57,055 bases of DNA from Rhodospirillales bacterium (GTDB taxonomy: Bacteria; Pseudomonadota; Alphaproteobacteria; CACIAM-22H2): NCBI GenBank assembly GCA_947445225.1, contig CANFCX010000003.1, positions 1 to 57,055 on the forward strand, read 5' to 3'. Position numbers and translations under genes: made by a program. The notes beneath the pieces are model-generated. The model saw only the letters and a list, made by a program, of their open reading frames with translations, was not told where the DNA came from and made no database searches. Positions 10,104-20,259 of the stretch are shown here, piece after piece (positions within the stretch are counted from its first letter, which is position 1; each line of letters opens with the position of its first letter).

Positions 10104-11036
10104 ATGTTCGATCGCGTGGCGGCGGGTCTCAAGAAACGTTGGCGGGCGTTGCCTGGCTTCACGCGCGGCGCCATCCTCATTCTGTGCGCGGCGGCCATCT
10201 CGTCGATGCAGATGGCCCAGATCAAATCGATGGGCACCCGGCTCGATACGTTTCAGGTCGGGTTTTTCCGCTTCGCCGCCGCGCTGATCGTGATCCTGCC
10301 GTTCGTCGCCAGGGCGGGGCCTTCGGCTTTTCTGACCGGCCATTTTCGGATGCATGCGGCGCGCGGGACGCTGAGCTTCTGCGCCCAGATTTTTACTTTC
10401 TACGCGATCATCCATTTGACGTTGGCCCAAGCTACGGCTCTGTCGTTCACCAAATCGCTGTACATGGTGCCGCTCGCCATCCTGGTGCTGGGCGAAACCG
10501 TGGGCTGGCGCCGCGCCCTGGCCACCGCCACCGGGTTCCTCGGGGTGTTGGTCATGATTCGGCCGGGTTACGCGGAATTCAGCCTGGCCGTGCTGGCCGG
10601 GCTGATCGGGCCGTTTTTCGTGGCCGATTCGGTGGTCGTGGCCCGCAAGCTCGCCCATCGCGAACAGCCGGTGACGATCTTGTTCTATTTCGGCGTCGTC
10701 ACCACGACCGTCTCGCTCGGCCCCGCCCTTTATGTGTGGCAGAACCCGACCTGGTTCGATCTTTTCCAGGCGTTCACGATCGGGGTGTCCGGTCTTTTGC
10801 TGCAACGCTGCCTGATCGGGGCCTATCAGGTGACCGAGGCCTCCGCCGTCGCTCCCTTCGACTACACTAGGCTGTTGTTCGCGGCGGCCGCCGGCTTCAT
10901 GCTGTTCGGCGAAATTCCCGATCCCTGGACCTGGGTTGGGGCCGCGATTATCGCCGGCAGTTCGATCTACATCGCCCGCCGCGAAACCAAACTCGCCCGT
11001 CACCGACCGCCGCCACCGCCGGAAGACGCGACCTGA
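10104..11036 (+). CDS. DMT/EamA family transporter
   Basis: About 10 TM helices, LGETVGWRR, APFDY, LFGEIP. Confidence 0.9.
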   Translation: MFDRVAAGLKKRWRALPGFTRGAILILCAAAISSMQMAQIKSMGTRLDTFQVGFFRFAAALIVILPFVARAGPSAFLTGHFRMHAARGTLSFCAQIFTFYAIIHLTLAQATALSFTKSLYMVPLAILVLGETVGWRRALATATGFLGVLVMIRPGYAEFSLAVLAGLIGPFFVADSVVVARKLAHREQPVTILFYFGVVTTTVSLGPALYVWQNPTWFDLFQAFTIGVSGLLLQRCLIGAYQVTEASAVAPFDYTRLLFAAAAGFMLFGEIPDPWTWVGAAIIAGSSIYIARRETKLARHRPPPPPEDAT

Positions 11037-11116
11037 CCCGCGGTTTAGGGGTGGCGGTCCAAATATTCGACGATCGGCGGCTTGGCCCTGCGGCGTTCAG
11101 GGGCTAGTCTCCGCCG

Positions 11117-11518
11117 ATGCTCACCCGATCCACCCTGCCGCCGACCCTGGCCGAGATCGAAGATTTGGCCCGCGCCGCCCTCAAGACCATCCCGGAGGAG
11201 CTGCGGAGTCACGCCCAGGACTTGGTCATCCGCGTCGAGGATTTTCCCGACGAGGAGACCGAGCGCGACATGGACCTCGAAACGCCGTTCGATATTCTGG
11301 GCCTCTATCAAGGCGTGGCGCTCGCCCGCCAGAGCGTGGCCGACGCGCCGCAGGACCTCAACCGCGTGTTCCTGTATCGGCGCCCGATCCTGGACTATTG
11401 GTGCGAGACCGGGGACGATCTCTACCGCATCGTTCGCCACGTCCTGATCCACGAAATCGGCCATCATTTCGGCTTCTCCGACGAAGACATGGACGCCATC
11501 GAGACCCAGAACGAGTAA
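11117..11518 (+). CDS. Zincin-like metallopeptidase family protein (DUF1025 type)
   Basis: LGLYQG, LYRRPI, HEIGHHFG (HExxH). Confidence 0.88.
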   Translation: MLTRSTLPPTLAEIEDLARAALKTIPEELRSHAQDLVIRVEDFPDEETERDMDLETPFDILGLYQGVALARQSVADAPQDLNRVFLYRRPILDYWCETGDDLYRIVRHVLIHEIGHHFGFSDEDMDAIETQNE

Positions 11519-11520
11519 CT

Positions 11521-12096
11521 CTAGTCCGCGAGATCGGCGACGGCGCCGCGCAGCACCGGCAGCAAGTCGCTCTCGAACCAGGGATTGCGCTTCAGCCAGC
11601 CCTGGTTGCGCCAGCTTGGATGGGGCAGCGGCAGGAAGTCGGGCAGGTATTCATCGAAGGCTTGGACCGTCGCGGTGACGGTCTCCTTGGCGTCCTTGCC
11701 CAGGTAATAGGCCTGGGCATAAGCCCCGATCAGCAGCGTCAGCTTCACGCGTTTCAACAAGGGGCGAAGCCGCGGATGCCACAGCGGCGCACATTCGGGC
11801 CGGGGCGGAAGATCGCCGCCCTTGGCGTCGTTTCCGGGAAAACAGAATCCGGTGGGCAGGACGGCGACGAGATTTTCGTCATAGAATCGGTCGCGGTCGA
11901 TGGCCAGCCAATCGCGCAATCGCTCGCCGCTCGCATCGTTCCACGGCACGCCGGATTCATGCACCCGCGTGCCCGGCGCCTGCCCCACGATCAACAGCCG
12001 CGCCGTGGCGGTCGCGCGCAGCACCGGCCGCGGGCCATGCGGCAGATGCGCCGCGCAAACGCGGCAGGCCCTGGCGGCTTCCAACTCGATGGTCAA
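11521..12096 (-). CDS. Uracil-DNA glycosylase family protein; start approximate
   Basis: CRVC, GQAPG, WNDASGERLRDWL, CFPG...DLPPRPECAP, LPHPSWRN. Confidence 0.88.
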   Translation of the reverse strand: MTIELEAARACRVCAAHLPHGPRPVLRATATARLLIVGQAPGTRVHESGVPWNDASGERLRDWLAIDRDRFYDENLVAVLPTGFCFPGNDAKGGDLPPRPECAPLWHPRLRPLLKRVKLTLLIGAYAQAYYLGKDAKETVTATVQAFDEYLPDFLPLPHPSWRNQGWLKRNPWFESDLLPVLRGAVADLAD

Positions 12097-12339
12097 TTGT
12101 CGTTGAACGGCGCTCGGCGGCTTTGGAATCTCTTCGGCTCCCCCCAGGGCCGTGTGGTACCTTAACCACTGGAGCGGCCGAAGCAACCGGCCGCCGCCAG
12201 CCCAGTATCGGCGAGAGAATTCGCGCGATCCGGCGCCGATGGTTTCGCGCGCGGCGGCGTTTGTTCGATCGCCGCCGCGCCCGTTGCGCCGACCGCCGCG
12301 AGCGAGGACTAAAGTCGAGAACTTCCCTGGAAGCGTCAC

Positions 12340-14229
12340 GTGATCGCGAATCTCGCCTCAAAGGTATTTCGGTTTTTCGAGAGCCTGCTCGAACCCACGG
12401 AAAGGGAGCCGGACGCCACCCCGCCGCAGGAGTTGTGGGCCTTTTACTGGCACTATGCCCGCCAGGTCCGCGGCCTGGTGGTGTTGCTGTTCGCCTCGGG
12501 GTTGATCGTCGCCATCCTCGATACGACCGTCCCGGTGTTCATCGGCGAGGTCGTGGGCCTGATTTCCCGCGGCACGCCTGGAGAACTCTTCGAGGAATCC
12601 TGGCCGCGGCTGGTCGGCATGGCGGCGATCGTGTTGATCGCGCGCCCGATCGCGCTTTTGTTCCAGAACCTGATCACACTCCAGGCCATCAATCCCGGGC
12701 TGACCAACCTGATTCGCTGGCAGAGCCATTGGCACGTCGTGCGCCAGAGCTGGACGTTTTTTCAGAACGATTTCGCCGGCCGCATCGCCAACCGCGTGAT
12801 GCAAACCGGCCCGTCCTTGCGCGAAAGCGTCGTCGCCGCCACCAACGCGGTTTGGTACATCTTGATTTACGGGACCAGCGCCATCGTCTTGATGGCGTCG
12901 AGCGACGTCCGGCTGGCCGCGCCGGCGCTGGCATGGTTCGTCGCTTATGCGGTTCTCCTGCGTTATTTCGTGCCGCGCATGCGCGAGCGGTCGCGCCAGA
13001 TGTCGGAGGTGCGCTCGGCCCTGACCGGACGCGTCGTCGATAGCTACACCAATATCCTGACGGTCAAGCTGTTCGCCCGGCCGGACGACGAAGACCAATT
13101 CGTGCGGGCCTCGGTCGATAAACACACCGCGACCTTCCGCCAGCAAACCCGGCTGATGACTTTCTTCAGCGTCACGTTGTCGACCGTGAACGCGGCCCTG
13201 TTGGTCAGCACGGGTGCGGTCTCGGTCTTGCTGTGGAACAACGGCAGCATCGATGTCAGCGCCGTCGCCATGGCGCTGCCGCTCACCTGGAACATCGCCA
13301 GCATGGCCGGCTGGGTGGCCCAGAACGTCACCTCGATTTTCGAGAACGTGGGCACCGTGCAGGAAGGCATGCGGTCGATCGCCGTGCCGCGCCAGCTTCC
13401 CGACCGGCCGGACGCCGTACCCCTGCGCGTGGAGCGCGGTGAGGTAGTGTTCGAAGACGTGCGTTTCGGCTATGGCACGGTGCGCGGCGTGCTGCACGGC
13501 ATCAACCTGTCCATCGCGCCCGGCGAACGTGTCGGCCTGGTCGGCCGCTCGGGCGCCGGCAAATCGACCCTGGTCAATCTGCTGCTGGGTTTCTACGAAA
13601 CCGAGGCCGGGCGCATCCTGATCGATGGACAGGACATCGCCGGCGTCACCCAGGAAAGCCTGCGCGCCCACATCGCCATGGTCACCCAGGATACCTCGCT
13701 GTTGCACCGTTCGATCAAGGACAACATCCGCTACGGACGGCCGGGAGCGACCGACGAGGAGGTGATCGCCGCGGCCGCCAGCGCCCATGCCTTGGACTTC
13801 ATCGAGAAGCTGGAGGATTGGCTGGGACGCAAGGGGTTCGATGCCCATGTCGGGGAACGCGGCGTCAAACTGTCCGGCGGACAGCGGCAGCGCATCGCCA
13901 TCGCCCGCGTGATCCTGAAGAACGCGCCGATCCTGGTGCTGGACGAGGCAACCTCCGCGCTCGATTCCGAAGTCGAGGCCGCGATCCAGGAACAGCTCGG
14001 CACCCTGATGAAAGGCCGCACCGTCATCGCCATCGCCCATCGGCTGTCCACCATCGCCCGCTTGGATCGGCTGATCGTCATGGACCATGGCCGCATCGTC
14101 GAGGAAGGCACCCACGCCGAGCTGCTGGCCAGCGGCGGCCATTATTCGCGTCTGTGGCTGCGGCAATCGGGCGGGTTCTTCGAACCCGACGAGCCAGAGG
14201 CCGTCACCATCCCGCCCATCGGCGAATGA
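12340..14229 (+). CDS. ABC exporter, fused permease/ATP-binding (MsbA/MdlB-like)
   Basis: TM domain plus GRSGAGKST, LSGGQRQR, LDEATSALD, IAHRLST. Confidence 0.93.
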   Translation: MIANLASKVFRFFESLLEPTEREPDATPPQELWAFYWHYARQVRGLVVLLFASGLIVAILDTTVPVFIGEVVGLISRGTPGELFEESWPRLVGMAAIVLIARPIALLFQNLITLQAINPGLTNLIRWQSHWHVVRQSWTFFQNDFAGRIANRVMQTGPSLRESVVAATNAVWYILIYGTSAIVLMASSDVRLAAPALAWFVAYAVLLRYFVPRMRERSRQMSEVRSALTGRVVDSYTNILTVKLFARPDDEDQFVRASVDKHTATFRQQTRLMTFFSVTLSTVNAALLVSTGAVSVLLWNNGSIDVSAVAMALPLTWNIASMAGWVAQNVTSIFENVGTVQEGMRSIAVPRQLPDRPDAVPLRVERGEVVFEDVRFGYGTVRGVLHGINLSIAPGERVGLVGRSGAGKSTLVNLLLGFYETEAGRILIDGQDIAGVTQESLRAHIAMVTQDTSLLHRSIKDNIRYGRPGATDEEVIAAAASAHALDFIEKLEDWLGRKGFDAHVGERGVKLSGGQRQRIAIARVILKNAPILVLDEATSALDSEVEAAIQEQLGTLMKGRTVIAIAHRLSTIARLDRLIVMDHGRIVEEGTHAELLASGGHYSRLWLRQSGGFFEPDEPEAVTIPPIGE

Positions 14230-14239
14230 TGGAGGAAGG

Positions 14240-14761
14240 ATGAGTAAGCCGGTTTCTTCGCCCGAGCGCGCGCCGCTCCGCGTCCTGTTCGTGTGCACCG
14301 GCAACATCTGTCGGTCGCCGACGGCGGAAGGCGTATTCCGCGCCTTGGCCGAACGCGCCGGACTGGCGCGGGCCGTGGAGGCCGATTCGGCCGGCACCCA
14401 CGATTACCATGTCGGCGAGCCGCCGGATGAACGCAGCCAGATCGCGGCCAGGCGGCGTGGCGTGGAAATCGGCCAGTTGCGGGCGCGCCGAGTCGATGAC
14501 GGCGATTTCGATCGGTTCGACATGATCCTGGCGATGGACCGCGGACATCTTCGGATACTCCGGCGCCGCTGCCCGGCGGACAAGGCCGACCGCGTGCGAT
14601 TGTTTCTCGATTTCGCCCCCGGCCACGGCCAGGACGTGCCCGATCCTTATTTCGGCGAATCCAACGGGTTCGAGACGGTGCTCGATCTGGTCGAAAAGGC
14701 ATCGGCCGGTCTGATCGAGGCGCTGCGACCGTCGATCGCGTCCCGAGGCCCGGGGGCGTGA
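14240..14761 (+). CDS. Low molecular weight protein-tyrosine phosphatase
   Basis: FVCTGNICRSP, DSAGT, DPYF motifs. Confidence 0.93.
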   Translation: MSKPVSSPERAPLRVLFVCTGNICRSPTAEGVFRALAERAGLARAVEADSAGTHDYHVGEPPDERSQIAARRRGVEIGQLRARRVDDGDFDRFDMILAMDRGHLRILRRRCPADKADRVRLFLDFAPGHGQDVPDPYFGESNGFETVLDLVEKASAGLIEALRPSIASRGPGA

Positions 14762-15609
14762 GCGGCACACTCGCCGACCGCATCGAAACCGCGATCGGAC
14801 GCCGGCCGCTGCACAGCGCGCCGCTTTCCGGCGGCTGCGTCAGTACGGTTCACCGCGTGAGCTTCGGCGACGGCAGCCAGGCCGTGGTCAAACAAACCGC
14901 CGCGGGCGGTCTCGCCCTCGAAGGTTTCATGCTCCGCTACCTTCACGACCGCACCAATTTGCCGGTACCCGCCGTCATCCACGCCGAGGACCGGCTGTTG
15001 ATCATGGAATATGTCGATGCCGGCGACGGGCTCGACGAAAGCGTGGAAGCCGAAGCCGCCGAGTTGCTGGCCGATCTTCACAACCTGTCCGCCGACCGCT
15101 TCGGTTTCGGCCGCGACACGTTGATCGCCGGCCTTCACCAGCCCAACCCGGAGGGCGACGATTGGCTCGCCTTCTTTCGCGACCACCGCCTTCTCTACAT
15201 GGCCGGGGAAGCGCAACGAGCCGGCCGCCTGCCGGGGCGGGCGATGCGCCGGGTCGAACACCTGGCGGGAAGGCTGCATACCTGGATCGACGGCCAGGCG
15301 CGGCCCTCGTTGATCCATGGCGATATGTGGGGCGGCAATGTGTTGGCGCGAAAGGGACGCATCGCCGCCTTTATCGATCCCGCGATCTACCACGCCGATG
15401 CGGAAATCGAGCTGGCGTTTTCGACGTTGTTTTCGACCTTCGGCCCCGCTTTTTTCAGCCGCTACGGCGAAATCCGCCCGCTCCGTCCCGGTTTTTTCGA
15501 GGCCCGCCGCGACCTGTACAATCTGTATCCGCTGCTGGTCCATGTCCGCCTGTTCGGCGGCGTCTATGTCGGCCAGGTCGAGCGAATTCTCAGCCGGTTT
15601 GGGAGTTAG
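14758..15609 (+). CDS. Fructosamine/ketosamine-3-kinase family protein
   Basis: SGGC, PSLIHGDMWGGN, FIDPAIY, YNLYPLLVH; GTGA overlap with the phosphatase gene. Confidence 0.92.
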   Translation: MSGTLADRIETAIGRRPLHSAPLSGGCVSTVHRVSFGDGSQAVVKQTAAGGLALEGFMLRYLHDRTNLPVPAVIHAEDRLLIMEYVDAGDGLDESVEAEAAELLADLHNLSADRFGFGRDTLIAGLHQPNPEGDDWLAFFRDHRLLYMAGEAQRAGRLPGRAMRRVEHLAGRLHTWIDGQARPSLIHGDMWGGNVLARKGRIAAFIDPAIYHADAEIELAFSTLFSTFGPAFFSRYGEIRPLRPGFFEARRDLYNLYPLLVHVRLFGGVYVGQVERILSRFGS

Positions 15610-16171
15610 GGGCGCGCGCGATTGCGCCCTGGTCCTCGGCCAGTTCGTAATCCGCCTCCAGGCGATAGACCGCGCCGTTGCGGCCGCGGTGGCTGGAAAA
15701 CAACGCGAACCGCTCCACCGGGAAGGGCGGCGCGCGGAACAATCCGAACCGGCCGAGAAAGGCCGAAACCTTGGGCGCCGGCGCGTCGCGCAGCCGGGCG
15801 AGCGTCACATGCGGGAGGAATTTCCGACCCTCGGGCGCGAAGCCGGCGCGGACCAGCGCCGATTCGATCCGGTCGCGCAGCCCGATCAGGGGCGCGATCT
15901 TGGGCACCCCGGCCCATAAGGCGCGCGGCTGGCCCGAGGTCTCGAAATGGCCCACACCGGCCAGCTCGAGCAAAAAACGCGGCGAGCGCACCGCCAACAG
16001 CGCGCGGTCGATGTCCTCGATCCGGGGTTCTTCCACCTCGCCGATGAAACGCAGCGTCAAATGCATGTTCTCGACCGGCGTCCAGCGTGCGCCCGGCACG
16101 CCAGCATGCAGGAAGCCGAGGATTGTTCGCACGCTCGCGGGCAACTCGATGGCGACGAAGAGCCGGATCAT
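15590..16171 (-). CDS. thpR: RNA 2',3'-cyclic phosphodiesterase (2H family)
   Basis: RLFVAI, HLTLRFIG and PHVTLAR (two HxT motifs). Confidence 0.9.
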   Translation of the reverse strand: MIRLFVAIELPASVRTILGFLHAGVPGARWTPVENMHLTLRFIGEVEEPRIEDIDRALLAVRSPRFLLELAGVGHFETSGQPRALWAGVPKIAPLIGLRDRIESALVRAGFAPEGRKFLPHVTLARLRDAPAPKVSAFLGRFGLFRAPPFPVERFALFSSHRGRNGAVYRLEADYELAEDQGAIARAPNSQTG

Positions 16172-16217
16172 GGTTCAGGTGCCGCGCCGGGGGTCTATCC
16201 GCTCCTAAGAAATAGGC

Positions 16218-16904
16218 TCAGCTCCCGGCCGCGACCAGCTTTCGCACGAGCGGGAGCAGCCGGCCGACGATGATCTCCACACCCTTGGCGTTGGGATGGA
16301 TGCCGTCGGCCTGGTTGAGCGCCGGGTCGGCGGCGACGCCTTCCAGAAAAAACGGATAAAGGGGCACGCCGTGTTTTTCGGCCAAACGCTGGAACATGCC
16401 GTTGAAGTCGCGGCCGTAGTCGCGGCCGAAATTGGGCGGCGCCATCATGCCGGTCAGCAGCACGCGCAGGCCCCTGGCCCGCAATCGCGTGAGAATCGCA
16501 TCGAGATTGGCCTCGGTTTGTTTGGGATCGAGGCCGCGCAGCCCGTCATTGGCCCCGAGTTCGACGATGACGGCATCGGGCCGTTCGGCCAGGGCCCAAT
16601 CCAGTCGCGCCAGCCCGCCGGCCGAGGTGTCGCCGGACACGCCGGCATTGATAACCTGGATTGGCAGTCCCTCGGCGCGGAGCGCGGCTTCGAGCCGGAC
16701 CGGGAAGGCGTTGGCCGGCGGCAGGCCGTATCCGGCGGCCAGGCTGTCGCCCAACACGAGTATCTTGGCGCCGGATTGCGCCATCGCGGCTGTACACATG
16801 ATCGCGAGCGCGACCAGCCCGACGTTGACAATCGACAACAGCGGACGATATCCGGGAAACCTGCCATTGTTGTCCCTGCCCGAAAATCGCGCGAGAAGGC
16901 CCAT
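16218..16904 (-). CDS. tesA: Arylesterase/thioesterase I (TesA-like SGNH hydrolase); start uncertain
   Basis: GDSL, NAGVSGDT, ELGANDGLRG, DGIHPN; divergent from ybbA-like gene. Confidence 0.9.
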   Translation of the reverse strand: MGLLARFSGRDNNGRFPGYRPLLSIVNVGLVALAIMCTAAMAQSGAKILVLGDSLAAGYGLPPANAFPVRLEAALRAEGLPIQVINAGVSGDTSAGGLARLDWALAERPDAVIVELGANDGLRGLDPKQTEANLDAILTRLRARGLRVLLTGMMAPPNFGRDYGRDFNGMFQRLAEKHGVPLYPFFLEGVAADPALNQADGIHPNAKGVEIIVGRLLPLVRKLVAAGS

Positions 16905-17640
16905 GGATTCCCTTTCCGCTTCACCCGAAGCGATCGTCTCTCTGACCGATGTTCATCTAACACTGGCGAGCGCGGCGGGTGAGGTCAATATCCTGCGCGG
17001 GGTCAGCCTATCGGTCGATCGCGGCGAATCCGTGGCCATCGTTGGACCGTCCGGTTCCGGCAAATCGACCATGATGATGGTCATGGCCGGGCTGGAACGG
17101 CCCACATCGGGACGGGTGCGGGTCGCCGGCCTCGATCTCGGCGACCTCAGCGAGGACGGCCTCGCCTTGTTCCGCCGGGACACCGTCGGCATCGTTTTCC
17201 AGGCCTTTCACCTGATCCCGGCGATGAACGCGCTCGAAAACGTGGCCGTGCCGCTTGAATTCACCGGGCGGCGCGATGCGTTCGCGCGAGCCCGAGAAGC
17301 CCTTGCCGCGGTCGGGCTCGACCATCGGATGGACCATTATCCGTCGCAGCTTTCCGGCGGCGAACAACAGCGCGTGGCGCTGGCCCGCGCCGTCGCCACC
17401 GAACCGAAGCTGCTGTTGGCGGACGAGCCGACGGGCAATCTCGACGCCGTTACCGGCCGCGCCGTGGTCGATCTCTTGTTCGAGCTGCGGCAGCGGCTTT
17501 CGGCGACGCTGGTGTTGATTACCCATGACCGCGACCTCGCCTCGCGCTGTGAACGGACCGTGCGCCTCCAGGACGGCCGCGTCGTCGGCCCGGTGGCGGT
17601 GGTCAACAAAGCCGGCGCGGCGGGCGCGGGCCCGCGATGA
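16903..17640 (+). CDS. ABC transporter ATP-binding protein (YbbA-like)
   Basis: GPSGSGKST, LSGGEQQR, ADEPTGNLD. Confidence 0.92.
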   Translation: MDSLSASPEAIVSLTDVHLTLASAAGEVNILRGVSLSVDRGESVAIVGPSGSGKSTMMMVMAGLERPTSGRVRVAGLDLGDLSEDGLALFRRDTVGIVFQAFHLIPAMNALENVAVPLEFTGRRDAFARAREALAAVGLDHRMDHYPSQLSGGEQQRVALARAVATEPKLLLADEPTGNLDAVTGRAVVDLLFELRQRLSATLVLITHDRDLASRCERTVRLQDGRVVGPVAVVNKAGAAGAGPR

Positions 17641-20162
17641 ACGATCTGTCCCTCGCCCTCCGCCTTGCCCGCCGGGAACTGCGCGGTGGCCTGCGCGGTT
17701 TTCGCGTTTTTGTCGCCTGCCTGGCGCTGGGCGTGGCCGCCATCGCCGGCGTCGGTTCCTTGGCGGCTTCCATCCGCGCCGCGCTCGAGGCCGATGGCCG
17801 CGTGCTGCTGGGCGGCGACATCGATCTCACGGTCGTTCACCGGCCGGCGGAGGCCGACCAGATCGCCTACATCGAACGTGCCGGCACGGTCTCTTCGACC
17901 ATCGGCATGCGGGCCATGGCCCAGGCCGGGGACCGCCGCAGCCTCGTCGAATTGAAGGCCGTGGATGGCCAATATCCCCTGTACGGCGAGGTGATGCTGG
18001 AGCCGGCGATGGATTTGCGCGAGGCGCTGGCGACCAAAGCGGGCATCGCCGGCGCGGTCGCCGATCCCAATCTGTTGCTGCGCCTCGGGCTCGGACTCGG
18101 CGCGCGCCTGTCCGTCGGCGATTCGCAATTCGAGGTGCGGGCGACCATCCGCCGGGAGCCCGATCGCGGCACCAACATCTTCATCCTCGGCCCGCGATTG
18201 ATGATCGGCGCCGAAGGTTTGGCCGCGACCGGCCTGATGCAGCCAGGAAGCCTGATCGACTACCGCTACCGCGTGGCGCTTCCCAACGGGGTGTCGCCCG
18301 ACATCGTGGCCGAGGAAATTCGCGCCACTTTTCCCGACGCGCCGTGGCGGATTCGGCGCCTATCACAGGCGGCGGCCGGCATGCAGCGTTTCGTCGACCG
18401 CATGGCGCAATTCCTGACGCTGGTCGGCCTGTCGGCGCTTCTGGTCGGCGGCGTCGGCGTCGCCAACGCCGTGCGCGCCTATCTCGACGGCAAGACCGAA
18501 ACCATTGCCACCTTGAAATGCCTGGGGGCGCAGGGCCGCCTCATACTCCAGGTCTACCTTCTGCAGATTCTGGCGCTGGCGGTCGTCGGCATTCTCATCG
18601 GGCTCATCGTCGGGGCGTTGGCGCCGGTCTTCGTGGCGCCCTTGCTGGGCGACAGCCTGTCGGTCACGGCGCGGCTGGGGTTCCATCCCGGGCCGCTGTT
18701 GATGGCCGCGGCCTATGGGCTGCTGACCGCGTTGGCGTTTTCGTTATGGCCGCTGGGCCGCGCCCGCGAGGTTCCCGCCGCCGCCCTGTTCCGCGATCTG
18801 GTCGCGCCCGCGCGGCGTTGGCCGCGCCCGGTCTATATGTGGACGACCGGCGGGGCGCTGGCTGGCCTAGCGGCGTTGACCGTCCTGGTCGCGGAGATGC
18901 GGAACATCGGCGTGTGGTTCATTCTGGGGGCGATCCTGGTGTTTGGATTGTTCCGCGGCGCCGGCTGGCTGCTGTCGATCGCGGCGCGCCGCGCCGGCGG
19001 CATGGCCACGTCGGGCCGGCCGGGTTTGCGGCTCGCCTTGGCCAATCTGCACCGGCCCGGCACACCGGCGCCCAGCATCGTGTTGTCGCTGGGGCTGGGC
19101 CTGACGGTGCTGGTCGCGGTGGCGGTCGTCCACGGCAATCTCGAGCGCGAAATCAGGCAACAGCTTCCCGCGGTGGCGCCTTCGTTCTTCTTCATCGACA
19201 TCCAGCCCGACCAGACCGCCGCCTTCGACGACGCCGTCCGCGCCGTGCCCGGCGTCGGCAAGATTCGCCGCGTGCCCTCCTTGCGCGGCCGCATCTCCCG
19301 CATCGGCGATGTCTCGGCGGAGGAAGCGCGGGTGCGCGGCGACGCGCAATGGGCCACCCAAAGCGAACGCGGCCTGACCTATTCGGCCACGGTGCCGGAC
19401 AACAGCGAAGTCGTCCAAGGCGCCTGGTGGCCCGCCGCCTATTCCGGGCCGGCCCTGGTTTCGCTGGAAGTCGATGTCGCCGAAGGCATGGGAATCGGCG
19501 TGGGCGACCGGATAACGGTCAACGTACTCGGCCGCGATATGGAGGCCACCGTCGCCAATCTGCGCCGCCTGAACTGGTCCTCGCTCGGCATCAATTTCGT
19601 TCTCGTGTTTTCGCCCGGCATGTTGGAGGCCGCGCCCCACACCCATATCGCGACGGTGGAGGCGACACCGGCGGCGGAGGCGGCGCTGGAGCGCGCGGTC
19701 GCGGAACGTTTCCCCAACATCTCGGCGATCCGGGTCAAGGAGGCGCTCGACGCCGTTGACGGAATGCTCGGCCAGATCAGCGCCGCGGCGAGCGCGGTCG
19801 CGGCCCTGACCCTGGCCGCCGGGGTTCTGGTTCTCGCCGGCGCGGTTTCGGCCTCGCACCGGCGGCGCGTCTACGATGCCGTCATGTTCAAGGTGCTGGG
19901 CGCTCGGCGGCGCATGGTGCTGCGGACCTTCCTGACCGAATTCGCCTTGATCGGTGTGGCCACGGCGGCCCTCGCCGCCCTGATCGGCACCGTCATCGCC
20001 GGAGCGATCATGACCGGCTTCATGCGTATCGATTGGATTTTTCTGCCGGGAACCGCCGCGGCGACGATCGTGGGCGCGACCGTGGCCATCGTCGCGCTGG
20101 GTTTTGTCGGTACCTGGCGGGCCCTGGGCCAAAAGGCCGCGCCGGTGCTCCGCAACGCCTGA
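17637..20162 (+). CDS. ABC transporter permease (YbbP-like, duplicated FtsX domains)
   Basis: LARRELRGG, LLGGD, FFIDIQPDQ, NFVLVF; ATGA overlap with the ATPase gene. Confidence 0.9.
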   Translation: MNDLSLALRLARRELRGGLRGFRVFVACLALGVAAIAGVGSLAASIRAALEADGRVLLGGDIDLTVVHRPAEADQIAYIERAGTVSSTIGMRAMAQAGDRRSLVELKAVDGQYPLYGEVMLEPAMDLREALATKAGIAGAVADPNLLLRLGLGLGARLSVGDSQFEVRATIRREPDRGTNIFILGPRLMIGAEGLAATGLMQPGSLIDYRYRVALPNGVSPDIVAEEIRATFPDAPWRIRRLSQAAAGMQRFVDRMAQFLTLVGLSALLVGGVGVANAVRAYLDGKTETIATLKCLGAQGRLILQVYLLQILALAVVGILIGLIVGALAPVFVAPLLGDSLSVTARLGFHPGPLLMAAAYGLLTALAFSLWPLGRAREVPAAALFRDLVAPARRWPRPVYMWTTGGALAGLAALTVLVAEMRNIGVWFILGAILVFGLFRGAGWLLSIAARRAGGMATSGRPGLRLALANLHRPGTPAPSIVLSLGLGLTVLVAVAVVHGNLEREIRQQLPAVAPSFFFIDIQPDQTAAFDDAVRAVPGVGKIRRVPSLRGRISRIGDVSAEEARVRGDAQWATQSERGLTYSATVPDNSEVVQGAWWPAAYSGPALVSLEVDVAEGMGIGVGDRITVNVLGRDMEATVANLRRLNWSSLGINFVLVFSPGMLEAAPHTHIATVEATPAAEAALERAVAERFPNISAIRVKEALDAVDGMLGQISAAASAVAALTLAAGVLVLAGAVSASHRRRVYDAVMFKVLGARRRMVLRTFLTEFALIGVATAALAALIGTVIAGAIMTGFMRIDWIFLPGTAAATIVGATVAIVALGFVGTWRALGQKAAPVLRNA

Positions 20163-20259
20163 GCCGGGGGGAGCGCCGGCCGGCGGCGGATATTGATTTT
20201 GCGCGGTCGGCTTCATATATATGGCGGCGTAAGCTGCACTTCTCCGCGTGGAGGACTTC

